64,000 nucleotides of DNA from Candidatus Cloacimonadales bacterium. Lineage in GTDB: Bacteria > Cloacimonadota > Cloacimonadia > Cloacimonadales > JAFGVF01. A model generated the notes under the pieces. It made no database searches. It worked only from the letters and a program-made list of their open reading frames with translations, and had not been told where the DNA came from. The translations under genes were made by a program, and so were the position numbers. Positions 9,162 through 18,528 of the stretch are shown here, one piece after another (position 1 is the stretch's first letter; each line of letters opens with the position of its first letter). The stretch spans positions 2,272,001 through 2,336,000 of the forward strand of contig OY762964.1 of NCBI GenBank assembly GCA_963667035.1, written 5' to 3'.

Positions 9162-10037
9162 ATGTTGCAAGGTTCTTATGTTGCTCTTATCACACCATTT
9201 AAAAATGGAGAAATAGATTATAACAGTTTGGAAGGTCTTTTAAACTTCCATCTGGGAAACGGGACTGACGGTATATTGCTTCTTGGAACAACAGGAGAAG
9301 CTGCTGCTTTGGCTAATGATGAAAAGGAAAGCCTACTGCGTTTTGCGATTCAAAGATTAAAGGGTAAAGTGCCGATTATGGTCGGAACAGGAAGCTATAA
9401 TCTTAAGCAAACCATTTCCAACACAAGAAACGCTTTTAAATTGGGAGCTGATTATGCTTTAGTTATCACTCCTTACTATATAAAACCAACACAACAAGGA
9501 ATGTATGAATACTTTAAAGCTGTTTCCGAACAGGTTGAGGGTAAAATAGTAATCTACAATGTTCCCGGACGCACAGGTGTTAACATCAGTTCTAAGACAA
9601 CTGTAGACCTTGCTCGGGATTGCAAAAATATAGTTGGTATAAAAGAAGCGTCGGGCGATCTAATTCAGGCTACCGAGATTATAAGAGATGCTCCGAAAGA
9701 TTTCTCTCTTATGTCCGGAGAAGATCCTATCGTTATGCCTACAATGGCAATAGGAGCCAGAGGTTGTATATCGGTAACCGCAAATATTCTTCCCGATAAG
9801 CTTCATCAATTAGTTACTCTTTCTTTGGAAGGAGAATATTCAAAAGCAAAATATCTCCATGAGGAATTATTGGAGATAAACAGAAAGATGTTTATCGAAA
9901 CTAATCCTATCCCTGTAAAAGAAGCTCTTGCCATGATGGGCATGATAGACCTAGAATTCAGACTTCCAATGTGTCCATTAAAAGGAGAAAACAGGGTTAT
10001 CCTTCAAAATTGCCTTAAGAAAATGAATCTTATCTAA
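9162..10037 (+). CDS. dapA: 4-hydroxy-tetrahydrodipicolinate synthase
   Basis: ALITPF, GTTGE, YNVPGRTG, GIKEASG, ETNPIPVK. Confidence 0.97.
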   Translation: MLQGSYVALITPFKNGEIDYNSLEGLLNFHLGNGTDGILLLGTTGEAAALANDEKESLLRFAIQRLKGKVPIMVGTGSYNLKQTISNTRNAFKLGADYALVITPYYIKPTQQGMYEYFKAVSEQVEGKIVIYNVPGRTGVNISSKTTVDLARDCKNIVGIKEASGDLIQATEIIRDAPKDFSLMSGEDPIVMPTMAIGARGCISVTANILPDKLHQLVTLSLEGEYSKAKYLHEELLEINRKMFIETNPIPVKEALAMMGMIDLEFRLPMCPLKGENRVILQNCLKKMNLI

Positions 10038-10051
10038 GTGAAGGAGTATCT

Positions 10052-10504
10052 ATGAAAGTCCTGCTTGTTTATCATACAAAATCAGGACATACCCTTGAAG
10101 CTGCAAAGGCTATCGAAGAAGGTATTCGATATGCCGGGCATTCTATCAAAGTCGTTCCCGTTAAAGAATGTGAACATTCCACGTTAAGCAATTACGAGAT
10201 AATTATCTTCGGCACTCCAACCTGGTTTGGAGGAGCATGCGGACCAATTAAAAGCTTTATCCATAAGATACCCGACAAAGTACTAGGCGATAAAATGTGT
10301 GCTTCTTTTGCTGTCATGGGTGGTTCGGGAGGACACAGAGCAGTAGATGAAGTTAAGCTTTTATCAATGGAGAAAGGTTGTGTGGATTTTGTTCCCGGTC
10401 CGGTAATGCAAGCCGGAGGATTTCTTTCAATGTGGAAAGGATATCCGGTAACTCGAGGTGATCTTGAGAAGTGCAGGGAGTTTGGCTCGGAACTGGTTAA
10501 ATAG
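10052..10504 (+). CDS. Flavodoxin-like protein
   Basis: YHTKSGHT FMN-binding loop; FGTPTWFG. Confidence 0.85.
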   Translation: MKVLLVYHTKSGHTLEAAKAIEEGIRYAGHSIKVVPVKECEHSTLSNYEIIIFGTPTWFGGACGPIKSFIHKIPDKVLGDKMCASFAVMGGSGGHRAVDEVKLLSMEKGCVDFVPGPVMQAGGFLSMWKGYPVTRGDLEKCREFGSELVK

Positions 10505-10577
10505 TAATAAAACCCTTTTGTAACTTTACAGAAATACCGGATTATATCAGATGTAAAAATGATAAAAGGAGTCTTAT

Positions 10578-11261
10578 ATGTACCTAATGGGTGACCCTAC
10601 ATTTGTACTGATTATTCTGGTTATGATTGTTGCAATGATTGTGCAACGACAAGTTGTAGCTAACTATAGAAAATATGCTAAAGTAAGGAATTTAAACGGG
10701 CTCTCGGGAGCTGAAGCTGCTCGCATTATATTAGATAGCAACGGACTCAATGATGTACAGATTGAGCCTGTGAGAGGAGAACTGACTGATCACTATGACC
10801 CGAGAACAAGGACAGTCAGACTCTCAGCTCATAACTATTCGGAGCCATCTGTATCTGCAATAACCATTGCAGCTCATGAATGCGGTCATGCCTTACAGCA
10901 TGCCGAAAACTATGCTCCGTTATCCCTTAGAGCTTCCATTTTACCTGTTGCAAATATCGGCTCACACGGAGCTTTCCCTCTTTTCCTTATGGGTTTCCTA
11001 TTCAGTATAGGACCGTTAATGGATTTAGGGATTATATTGTTTGCAGGAGCTTTATTGTTCCATCTGATTACACTTCCGGTTGAGTTTAATGCCTCAAGAC
11101 GTGCCTTTATTCAATTGGAACAAGCAAACATTATCGAACAGAATGAGTTACCAGGAGCACACAAAGTCCTTAATTCGGCAGCTCTAACCTATGTTGCTTC
11201 AACTTTAATGGCATTAGTGCAGTTAATCAGACTGATTATTTTACGAGGTAATCGCAATTAA
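10578..11261 (+). CDS. Neutral zinc metallopeptidase (YugP-like)
   Basis: GELTDHYDP, AAHECGHALQH, TLPVEFNAS, AALTYVA. Confidence 0.92.
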   Translation: MYLMGDPTFVLIILVMIVAMIVQRQVVANYRKYAKVRNLNGLSGAEAARIILDSNGLNDVQIEPVRGELTDHYDPRTRTVRLSAHNYSEPSVSAITIAAHECGHALQHAENYAPLSLRASILPVANIGSHGAFPLFLMGFLFSIGPLMDLGIILFAGALLFHLITLPVEFNASRRAFIQLEQANIIEQNELPGAHKVLNSAALTYVASTLMALVQLIRLIILRGNRN

Positions 11262-11716
11262 TGAAATTTATCCTCACCTCAGAACTCAATAAATTGGCCA
11301 AAAAACTCCGGTTTATCGGTTATAACTCTTCCGTTAACCGGAGTTTGAGTTCACATGCACTTATTCGTTTGGCAATCAAAGAAGATAGGATAGTTCTTAC
11401 AAGAAGCGGTAAGATAGCAAAAGATAAACATCAATTCAAGAGAATATTGATTAAGGATTCCGACCCTCAGAAGCAATTTGAATTTGTTGTGAAAGAACTA
11501 AAGTTAACCCCTGAATTTGCTTTTACAATTTGTACCGAATGCAATCACAATCTGTTCTCCATTCCTAAAGAGAAAGTCGCAATTAATCTTTCTGATAAAG
11601 TTTTAAACAATTACAATGAGTTTAAATACTGCCGTCATTGCGGTAAATACTACTGGAAAGGAACCCACTACGATAACACTTTAAAACAGGTAACAAGTTT
11701 TCTTGAAGATATGTAG
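11261..11716 (+). CDS. Mut7-C RNase (PIN-like) domain protein
   Basis: KLAKKLRFIGY, RIVLTR, CTECN...CRHCGKYYWKGTH zinc ribbon. Confidence 0.85.
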   Translation: MKFILTSELNKLAKKLRFIGYNSSVNRSLSSHALIRLAIKEDRIVLTRSGKIAKDKHQFKRILIKDSDPQKQFEFVVKELKLTPEFAFTICTECNHNLFSIPKEKVAINLSDKVLNNYNEFKYCRHCGKYYWKGTHYDNTLKQVTSFLEDM

Positions 11717-11790
11717 GCAGATTGTAAATATTTACTTGCCTATTCCTCAGAAAGATTTATCCTGCCTTTATAATTAATTTGGAGGCCAAT

Positions 11791-12144
11791 ATGACCGAAG
11801 ATAAAAAACATGACTGCCAATGCGGTAGCGATTGTGGACATGATCATGACCACGATCATAATCACGAAGAAGTGAATGAAGATAGTTTATTCATAGATAT
11901 GGAACTTGAAGACGGAACAACAGTTAGTTGTGAAGTATTAGGTACCATAGAGCTGGATGGAAAAGATTATATTGCTGTACTTCCTGAAGAGAGTGAAACT
12001 TTCTGGGTTTACAAATATGAAGAGCAGGATGATTCAATTCAGCTTGATAACATTAGTGATGAAGAAGAATTCAAGAAAGTAGTGGATACTTTTGAAGAAG
12101 TTCTCAACGAAGATGACGAGGACTATTTCGAAGAAGAAGAATAA
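11791..12144 (+). CDS. DUF1292-like acidic protein with His/Cys-rich N-terminus
   Basis: HDCQCGSDCGHDHDHDHNHEE, then ELDGKDYIAVLP...LDNISDEEEFKKV; GGAGG RBS before ATG 11791. Confidence 0.75.
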   Translation: MTEDKKHDCQCGSDCGHDHDHDHNHEEVNEDSLFIDMELEDGTTVSCEVLGTIELDGKDYIAVLPEESETFWVYKYEEQDDSIQLDNISDEEEFKKVVDTFEEVLNEDDEDYFEEEE

Positions 12145-12167
12145 ACCAGGTCAGCTTATAGATTTTA

Positions 12168-12198
12168 AAAAGGGTTATCTCATTAAGATAACCCTTTT
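12168..12198. terminator. Intrinsic terminator between convergent genes
   Basis: AAAAGGGTTATCT-loop-AGATAACCCTTTT; a second hairpin lies at about 12218-12244. Confidence 0.75.
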
Positions 12199-12261
12199 CT
12201 ATTTCATGTAAAGTAATAGGGACGCTTAAACAGCATCCCTTTTACAATATATCACAACAGT

Positions 12262-12636
12262 CTATACACTTTTGGTTCTGACAAAGAATTGAATTATCTC
12301 AGGTTGAAAGAGCCATATATAAAGACCAAAAAGTATAATCTGAATAGCAAACAGTAACCAGAATATACGTTTAAAAGACTTCTTACTTGTTTTGTGATGA
12401 AAGAGCCATTGCCCGATAATAGCAAAAGGTGTACCACCACTAAACATCATTGTGTGTAAAACTATCTCGGGTATTCTGGAATAACCTTTGATTGCAAGGA
12501 ATTTATCTATGCCGTAAGCTCCGAAGGTTATCAGGTTTGCAGATAACAACCAAGAGAATACCGGACCTAGATAAAGCCAAAAATATAATCCTATGGCAAT
12601 AGCCAAAATGATTATTAGTGTTATTATTATACGCAT
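12262..12636 (-). CDS. DUF1294 (YsdA-like) membrane protein
   Basis: YGIDKFLA...RIPEIVLH...GG...FHHKTSKKSF; start ATG 12636 or 12657. Confidence 0.85.
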   Translation of the reverse strand: MRIIITLIIILAIAIGLYFWLYLGPVFSWLLSANLITFGAYGIDKFLAIKGYSRIPEIVLHTMMFSGGTPFAIIGQWLFHHKTSKKSFKRIFWLLFAIQIILFGLYIWLFQPEIIQFFVRTKSV

Positions 12637-12637
12637 T

Positions 12638-13852
12638 TTACTCTCTTTTTCCTGCATATTGGAAAGTTACTTCCACGCGTCTATTCTGTTCTCTTCCCTC
12701 TTTTGTCTCGTTATCAGCGATAGGTTTTATCTCTCCAAAGCCGAGTACCTCTTCATTAAACTCTTCTTTGCATTTCTCTTTGAGATAATTCACAACTGAC
12801 TCCGCTCTTCTGTAAGAGAGGTCATAATTATAATCCTCAGAGCCTATGCTATCCGTATGACCCGAAATCTTAACGGTTGATACGAGATGATGCTTATCAA
12901 TAGTAGAAGCAAGGTCTTTAAGAATCTTCATATTATCGGTACCGGTATTCAATAATGCCGAATCAAATTCGAAGTTAAGTTGATATGTTTTTGAGAATGT
13001 TTCAATCTCGGGTGCCTGTGGCGGAGGAGGTGGTATAACATATCCCAATTCAATATTTACAACTCTCGGATATTCAAAGTATTTATCGCTTGATTCCAGA
13101 ACAAAGGATGACGGTTTGGAAGTATGCTCTAAATACTTAGCACTAATCCCCGAGACATTATCCCCCATTTCGTATTTAAACCAATAATAACCTAAAGAAT
13201 CCGAGAGAGTTTTCTCATTCTCATTAGCATAAACAACGGCATTAGAAACAGGTTTTCCGGTTAAAGGATTCCAGATACGTCCGCTGATAATCTGTGTCCA
13301 AGGGTAGAATCTGTTCAGAATATCAATTTTGTTATATTTAGGCACAATTGTAGCAATCTCCCACAATGGACCCGGGTTCTTAGGGAAACGCTTTATCTGA
13401 GGGCTTACGTTCACAAGAGAACTTGTTACCTCTGTATATTCCTGAGTCGGATTACATATCATGTAAGACACAAGTGTGTCTCTTTTATAGACTTTAAGAA
13501 TCACAGGTGGCATTTGAACACCAATATCCGACATATAACTATTCATAGAGAACGGGTTTCTAAGATAGATGCGACATTGCTCCTGAATGTTACCCGGTAA
13601 GGTGATTTGATACTTCTGTTTGTCGAAGTCCATGGTTGAGGATGTTTTCTCAATCTTAATACCGGCTAAGCCCTGACCACCCTGAATCGAAAACTCATCA
13701 ACTACAATCTGATTGTTTCCCTGCTCATCAATAACATTCACGTAAGGATTAAGTTCGATTTCCATTGAGTTTATTTCAAACTCTATTCTGTAATCGACAG
13801 CACTTAATGAAAGAGCAAGCAACATCAATAGTATTACCAAAAATTTATTCAT
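12638..13852 (-). CDS. OmpA-family peptidoglycan-binding protein
   Basis: Signal peptide, Pro linker, NFEFDSA, GHTDSIGS, LSYRRAESV, NRRVE. Confidence 0.9.
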   Translation of the reverse strand: MNKFLVILLMLLALSLSAVDYRIEFEINSMEIELNPYVNVIDEQGNNQIVVDEFSIQGGQGLAGIKIEKTSSTMDFDKQKYQITLPGNIQEQCRIYLRNPFSMNSYMSDIGVQMPPVILKVYKRDTLVSYMICNPTQEYTEVTSSLVNVSPQIKRFPKNPGPLWEIATIVPKYNKIDILNRFYPWTQIISGRIWNPLTGKPVSNAVVYANENEKTLSDSLGYYWFKYEMGDNVSGISAKYLEHTSKPSSFVLESSDKYFEYPRVVNIELGYVIPPPPPQAPEIETFSKTYQLNFEFDSALLNTGTDNMKILKDLASTIDKHHLVSTVKISGHTDSIGSEDYNYDLSYRRAESVVNYLKEKCKEEFNEEVLGFGEIKPIADNETKEGREQNRRVEVTFQYAGKRE

Positions 13853-13906
13853 TTCATCTCCACAATATGTAAACACGTGCAAAGTTTAACTTTGCCCGAG
13901 AACAAT

Positions 13907-15052
13907 TTATTTAATCATCTCGTAGTAGCTATCCATTCGTTTACGAACTTTCACAAGATAGTTTCTTGTTTCCTCCCAAGGAACATCTTTGATGAGCTTT
14001 TTATATAACTTTTCACTATCCATTTCATTGAGGTCATTCATCATCTTATCCCATTTCTTCTGACCAATCTTGTTCATCTTACCTGTCATAGCTTTGTAAA
14101 TAGTACCCCAACCGCCATTAAAGCTACATGTAACGGCATAATAAAGATTACGTTTATTCTGAACCTTAGGCCATTTCTTGTTAGCAATCCAGCTTAAATA
14201 ACCGATACCCATTTCAGCATTAAAGTCGGCATCGAAGAGTTGTTTGGATGTTGGCGGTTTACTTGATTTGTGTAACTCTTTATTCATAGTTGCACCAGCA
14301 TATTTAGGAACAATTTGCATTAAACCGTAAGCATTACCGTGACGGTTATATGCTTTTGGATTAAAAGAAGACTCTGTTTCAATGATAGCCAAAGCTAAAG
14401 GCACATCAATCTTGAAACGTTCACAGCTTTTAAATACAGTTGGAAGATAATGACTAGCTCTTTTCTTTACCTGATTAGGTATAAGATCAAGGTCGATTTT
14501 GTATACTGTACGAAGTTTACCGTCATCACCTTTAACCTCTTCGGTCTTGGCATTTTCTACGATAGCTTCGGCAACTTTATCAAGATTCTTCTCGTCAATC
14601 ACTTGGTCTTTATTATCAGGAACTTCTACCTGACCTTCAAGAATAGCTTTTCCTGTGTCGTCTTTCTCTTGGAGAATGGATTTAAGTTGTTCTTTAACAA
14701 TCGCTTTGGCTTTTTCTTTGCTCTTATCCTCTTTAGGATCAACAACAGCCTCTACCTGTACTTTTCCCTTCTCAAAATCAACTTCACTACGTCCTTCAAA
14801 ACCCTTAGTGTAACTCACCCATGTCTTTGGAGTTGATTCTTTATAAGTCTTCCACATATTCTCAATGTCTTTTTTATATTGAATGAATAGGGAGTCCTGC
14901 TCGGAATAGAAGTTTGCCATTTCCTTAGCTTCTTTCTCATAGAAGTTTTGGAAACCCTGTTTATCCTGCTTGGCAAAATCTTCAAAAGAATCCTGTGCAA
15001 ACAAACTTAGTGCAAGAATGAATAACATCCCCACGAAAAATATCTTTTTCAT
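13907..15052 (-). CDS. MltC-like lytic murein transglycosylase (N-terminal domain + SLT)
   Basis: AIIETESSFNP, AYGLMQIVP, FNGG, ETRNY SLT motifs. Confidence 0.88.
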   Translation of the reverse strand: MKKIFFVGMLFILALSLFAQDSFEDFAKQDKQGFQNFYEKEAKEMANFYSEQDSLFIQYKKDIENMWKTYKESTPKTWVSYTKGFEGRSEVDFEKGKVQVEAVVDPKEDKSKEKAKAIVKEQLKSILQEKDDTGKAILEGQVEVPDNKDQVIDEKNLDKVAEAIVENAKTEEVKGDDGKLRTVYKIDLDLIPNQVKKRASHYLPTVFKSCERFKIDVPLALAIIETESSFNPKAYNRHGNAYGLMQIVPKYAGATMNKELHKSSKPPTSKQLFDADFNAEMGIGYLSWIANKKWPKVQNKRNLYYAVTCSFNGGWGTIYKAMTGKMNKIGQKKWDKMMNDLNEMDSEKLYKKLIKDVPWEETRNYLVKVRKRMDSYYEMIK

Positions 15053-15226
15053 ATATCCTCCATAATTATCATTATCCTTAATAGCAAGGTAATGAATTCA
15101 AGAATGATAGTTGTCAATATTTTTTATTGTCACATCCCGCAATATCACCATTTCCTATTATTACTGAAACATATAATTCCCGGTCTCTGAATAAATACAA
15201 TCATGATTATCATCGCCTTCTTTTCG

Positions 15227-15298
15227 CCAAGGTCTCCCTTGGGGTTTCCCTTGCCTCGCAAGGGAGACCCGAGAGTAAGCCAAGAGCAACCAAAGGGG
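15227..15298. repeat. Palindromic module with 11-bp-phased (G/C)CAAG-type pentamers
   Basis: GGGTTTCCCTTGC-CTC-GCAAGGGAGACCC hairpin; GCAAG 15258, CCGAG 15269, CCAAG 15280, CAAAG 15291. Confidence 0.6.
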
Positions 15299-15332
15299 AA
15301 ATCTGACAATTCAATGTTTTTCTCGTTTTATT

Positions 15333-15547
15333 CTCATGTTGCACCCGTGACTAACAAGCACAAAATCAAAACAAGAATGTCACAAAAAACTTACAACTCT
15401 CTTACATAACTATGTAAGGTTTATGCAAGGGTTATGCAAGAGTCTCGTAAGATGGATGTGGTTATTTGTCACGAGAGTAACACGAGATTGGAGGGATATT
15501 TATGGCTGAAAAACAGAATTTAATAATTTTTCAGTTGACTTGTTAAA
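15333..15547. repeat. Dispersed non-coding element, copy A
   Basis: Inverted arms 15333-15351/15468-15486; CTTAC at 15390 and 15401; GTAAG/GCAAG at 15414, 15425, 15436, 15447; TGGAGGGATA; TTGACTTGTTAAA; collinear with 56035..56248. Confidence 0.7.
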
Positions 15548-15619
15548 TTTCGTGAAAGTATTTATGCTTAAAGATTTAATGTAGGATAGTTAACAAACAA
15601 TATAGTTTATCCCTGTGAG

Positions 15620-17308
15620 GTGTATATGAAGATAGAGTTGATTGAGATTATAGATGAACATTTTCCGATGAAAATTGAAATGTCTAATATTTTCTTTGCA
15701 GGAATTACTTATCATAAAGACCAATTTCAGGATTATCCCTACACGGCAAGAGTTAGTGTCGATAATGTAGAAAAGACACTCGGATGCTTTATGCCGAATA
15801 TTGAAAGTGAGGATGAAGGGCTTGAGAACCTTATCCGAGAAGTTGAAAGACAGATAGGACTGGGAGAAAACAAACTGTTTCTTCCTAATGCTTATATCCC
15901 GAGATTCTGGTTTAATGAGGTATTCAGACAAATTAACCAAGCTTATCAGACAGAATTTTACTTCAACTTTGAAAATTCAGTACTAAAGAGTTGTGAGCTT
16001 AATAAAGTTAGATTAGGGGATAAGACAAGCTTTAGGAAGACATCACTCGGGGATAAGACAAGTTTTGATCATGCTAAGTTCGGGGAGAAGACAGACTTAA
16101 GGTATGCATCGTTCGGGAAGAATACAAGATTTGATTATGCTAAGTTCGGGGAGATTACTAGCTTTTGGAAGGCATCGTTCGGGGATAATTCAAGCTTTTT
16201 GAATGCATCGTTCGGGGATATGACAAGATTTGAATTTGCATCGTTCGGGGAGAATACTAGCTTTTGGAAGGCATCGTTCGGGGAGAATACTAGCTTTTTT
16301 AATGCATCGTTCGGAGAAAATACATACTTTGGGGATGCATCGTTCGGGGATGATTCAAGCTTTGCTAATGCATCGTTCGGGAAGAATACAATCTTTTGGG
16401 ATGCATCGTTCGGCGAGAATACTAGCTTTTTTAATGCATCGTTCGGAGAAAATACATACTTTGGGGATGCATCGTTCAATGGTGGTGCTGATTTTAGAGA
16501 TTCTGTTGCAAAAGGGATAAGCTTTGAGAATGCTACTGTTAACAAAGTGCTCTATCTTGGAAGAAATCATAATGATAGAACAGATAATCAAATGAGCTGG
16601 ATGAATTTAAAAGGATTAAGAGTCTATGGATTTCTGGAACCTGATTTGAGTATGGATTTCAAGAAAGAGTTGGCTCCTTGTGTGAAAGCTATTACAAATA
16701 AAGATGGTACAAAGGACCTAAATGCTATAAAAGAGACTTTCCATGTACTGAAGCAAGCATACAGTAAACTCGGGAGATATGAAGAGGAAGACTTGGCATA
16801 TTACGAGTTTAAGAGAGCAGAAAATAAGGAAAAGCGAGTGAAATATAAAAGCAGAAACTTCTTTGTTAATATATGGGGATATGTCTGCTGTGGATTAAGA
16901 ACCTTTACTTTAGATTGGTGTGGTGGATATGGAACCAAGCCTATTATGGTAATACTATTCATGCTTGGGGTCTACTTACTCTTTGCCTCAATATTCTTTG
17001 TTGCTCCTCAGTTAAACAATAAAGATATTATATGTGGAGCGGAAGATAAATACATAATACTTAACTTGAAGAATGAACCGATTAAACAGCCGATTCTGTA
17101 TGAAGCGGAATGCATTAAGGATTTGCCAATAAATAAAAGATTAGGAAAAGCAATGTACCATAGCGGAGTAACATTTCTTACTATCGGATACGGAGACTTA
17201 AGACCTTGTACAGGTTTAGGGATTTTCTTTTCAATACTAGAAGGTTTCTGTGGTCTTTTCTTAATGTCATATCTTACAATTGCTTTTTCTCGGAAGGTGT
17301 TGAGATAA
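15620..17308 (+). CDS. Pentapeptide-like (11-aa) repeat protein fused to a 2-TM potassium-channel pore
   Basis: 14 x FGxxTSFxxAS repeats; C-terminal YHSGVTFLTIGYGD selectivity filter between two TM helices. Confidence 0.85.
   Translation: MYMKIELIEIIDEHFPMKIEMSNIFFAGITYHKDQFQDYPYTARVSVDNVEKTLGCFMPNIESEDEGLENLIREVERQIGLGENKLFLPNAYIPRFWFNEVFRQINQAYQTEFYFNFENSVLKSCELNKVRLGDKTSFRKTSLGDKTSFDHAKFGEKTDLRYASFGKNTRFDYAKFGEITSFWKASFGDNSSFLNASFGDMTRFEFASFGENTSFWKASFGENTSFFNASFGENTYFGDASFGDDSSFANASFGKNTIFWDASFGENTSFFNASFGENTYFGDASFNGGADFRDSVAKGISFENATVNKVLYLGRNHNDRTDNQMSWMNLKGLRVYGFLEPDLSMDFKKELAPCVKAITNKDGTKDLNAIKETFHVLKQAYSKLGRYEEEDLAYYEFKRAENKEKRVKYKSRNFFVNIWGYVCCGLRTFTLDWCGGYGTKPIMVILFMLGVYLLFASIFFVAPQLNNKDIICGAEDKYIILNLKNEPIKQPILYEAECIKDLPINKRLGKAMYHSGVTFLTIGYGDLRPCTGLGIFFSILEGFCGLFLMSYLTIAFSRKVLR
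16013..16474 (+). repeat. Intragenic tandem repeat, 14 x 33 bp
   Basis: Unit TTCGGGGAGAATACTAGCTTTnnnnnnGCATCG; units 9-10 recur almost exactly as units 13-14. Confidence 0.95.
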
Positions 17309-17454
17309 TAACAGAAGTGTTAATGATGGAGATTAATATTTTCGGATAGACGCATTAGGGATTAGAAGAGCATGTTTACAGTTGTGAGTAGAGTAATCTT
17401 ATTAAAGAGTTTAGGAATAAGATTGACATAAAACTTGAGATGGAAATGGTAGTT

Positions 17455-17607
17455 ATGTGTGGTGATTACAGAAGAGGGAATCCGGTTCAAATCCGGAGCG
17501 GTCTCCGCCACTGTAAACAGCAGTAGTTAAATCTACAAGGTTGAATGTCACTGAGAAATCGGGAAGGCATTCAGAGCACCTGCTGTAAGCCAGGAAACCT
17601 GCCACGC
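17455..17607 (+). promoter_or_regulatory. Cobalamin riboswitch
   Basis: AGGGAATCCGGTTCAAATCCGGAGCGG...CCGCCACTGTAA...GTCACTG...GGGAAGG...AAGCCAGGAAACCTGCC (B12 box) upstream of B12 uptake genes. Confidence 0.95.
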
Positions 17608-17748
17608 AAATTAATTCTGAATGACTTTTCGGAGCAAGAAGTCACGGAAATCGGTATATGTATTACCCTTTCCTCTCCTTACTCCCTGTCATTCGCGGGG
17701 AAAAGGTTTTCCACTCATTCTCCCCGCATAATAAGACAAGGAATAATT

Positions 17749-18528
17749 ATGCTTGAAATCAGAAATCTAAGTGCGGGATATCGTAATGAAGAGATATTAC
17801 ATAACGTCTCTTTTCATGCTGAGAACAGTGAGTTTATAGCTTTGCTCGGTCCAAACGGAGCAGGAAAATCAACTTTACTCAAAGCAATCATGGGATTTTT
17901 ACCTGCTTCCGAAGGTGCTATCAATATCAAAGGCAAAAACCTCAATGCTTGGAGTCGTAAACAACTTGCCTCAAAGATAGCTTTTATTCCCCAAGAAGCT
18001 TATCAGCAATTCCAATTTCAAGTGGAAGAAATTGTCTTAATGGGTAGATTCCCCTACCTGAACGTATTACAACGCTATTCCAAAGAAGATTATAGAGTTG
18101 TTAACGAAATCCTCGATACTTTCGATTTACTCTCACTGAAAGACAGATATTTGAATGAACTGAGCGGAGGAGAAAGACAAAGAGTTTTTCTTGCAAGAGC
18201 AATAGCCCAAAACACGGACATCCTTCTGTTGGACGAAACGTTCAGTCAGCTTGATATAAACCATCAGGTTGAGTTGATGAGATTACTTCATACAATACAT
18301 AAAGAGACAGGCAAACTTATCATATTAGTGTCTCATAACATAAATCTTACTGCTAACTTCTGCGATAGAATCATTCTTTTGAAATCGGGAAAGATAATTG
18401 CTGATGGCAATTCAGCAGAAATCATTAACTCGGATACTCTCGGTAAAGCTTATGATATGCAATTCGAGATTGCAACAAACAGCATTACAAAGCGTCCCAA
18501 CCTAATCTATCCGGGGATCAATGAATAA
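17749..18528 (+). CDS. Cobalamin/iron-chelate ABC transporter ATPase (BtuD/FecE-like)
   Basis: GPNGAGKS, LSGGERQR, LLLDE; true start ATG 17749 because the longer ORF overlaps the riboswitch. Confidence 0.9.
   Translation: MLEIRNLSAGYRNEEILHNVSFHAENSEFIALLGPNGAGKSTLLKAIMGFLPASEGAINIKGKNLNAWSRKQLASKIAFIPQEAYQQFQFQVEEIVLMGRFPYLNVLQRYSKEDYRVVNEILDTFDLLSLKDRYLNELSGGERQRVFLARAIAQNTDILLLDETFSQLDINHQVELMRLLHTIHKETGKLIILVSHNINLTANFCDRIILLKSGKIIADGNSAEIINSDTLGKAYDMQFEIATNSITKRPNLIYPGINE

Noticed and set aside
15203..15409. 68-aa ORF over the palindromic module
   Set aside because: No RBS or recognisable domain; better explained as non-coding repeat DNA
15349..15467. Integron attC site (GACTAAC...GTTATTT)
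   Set aside because: Boxes deviate from RYYYAAC/GTTRRRY, copy B lacks them, and there is no cassette array or IntI
16013..16474. CRISPR array or DGR template/variable repeats
   Set aside because: Units are contiguous, in frame and lack unique spacers; variation is not adenine-specific; no cas or reverse transcriptase gene is in the window
16135..16591. Alternative-frame and antisense ORFs here and elsewhere (e.g. 14450, 18883, 42339, 44895, 62663)
   Set aside because: Shadows of well-supported genes or by-products of repeats; no independent motifs
17545..17748. N-terminal extension of the ABC ATPase in the ORF track
   Set aside because: It overlaps the cobalamin riboswitch; the RBS and homology start at ATG 17749
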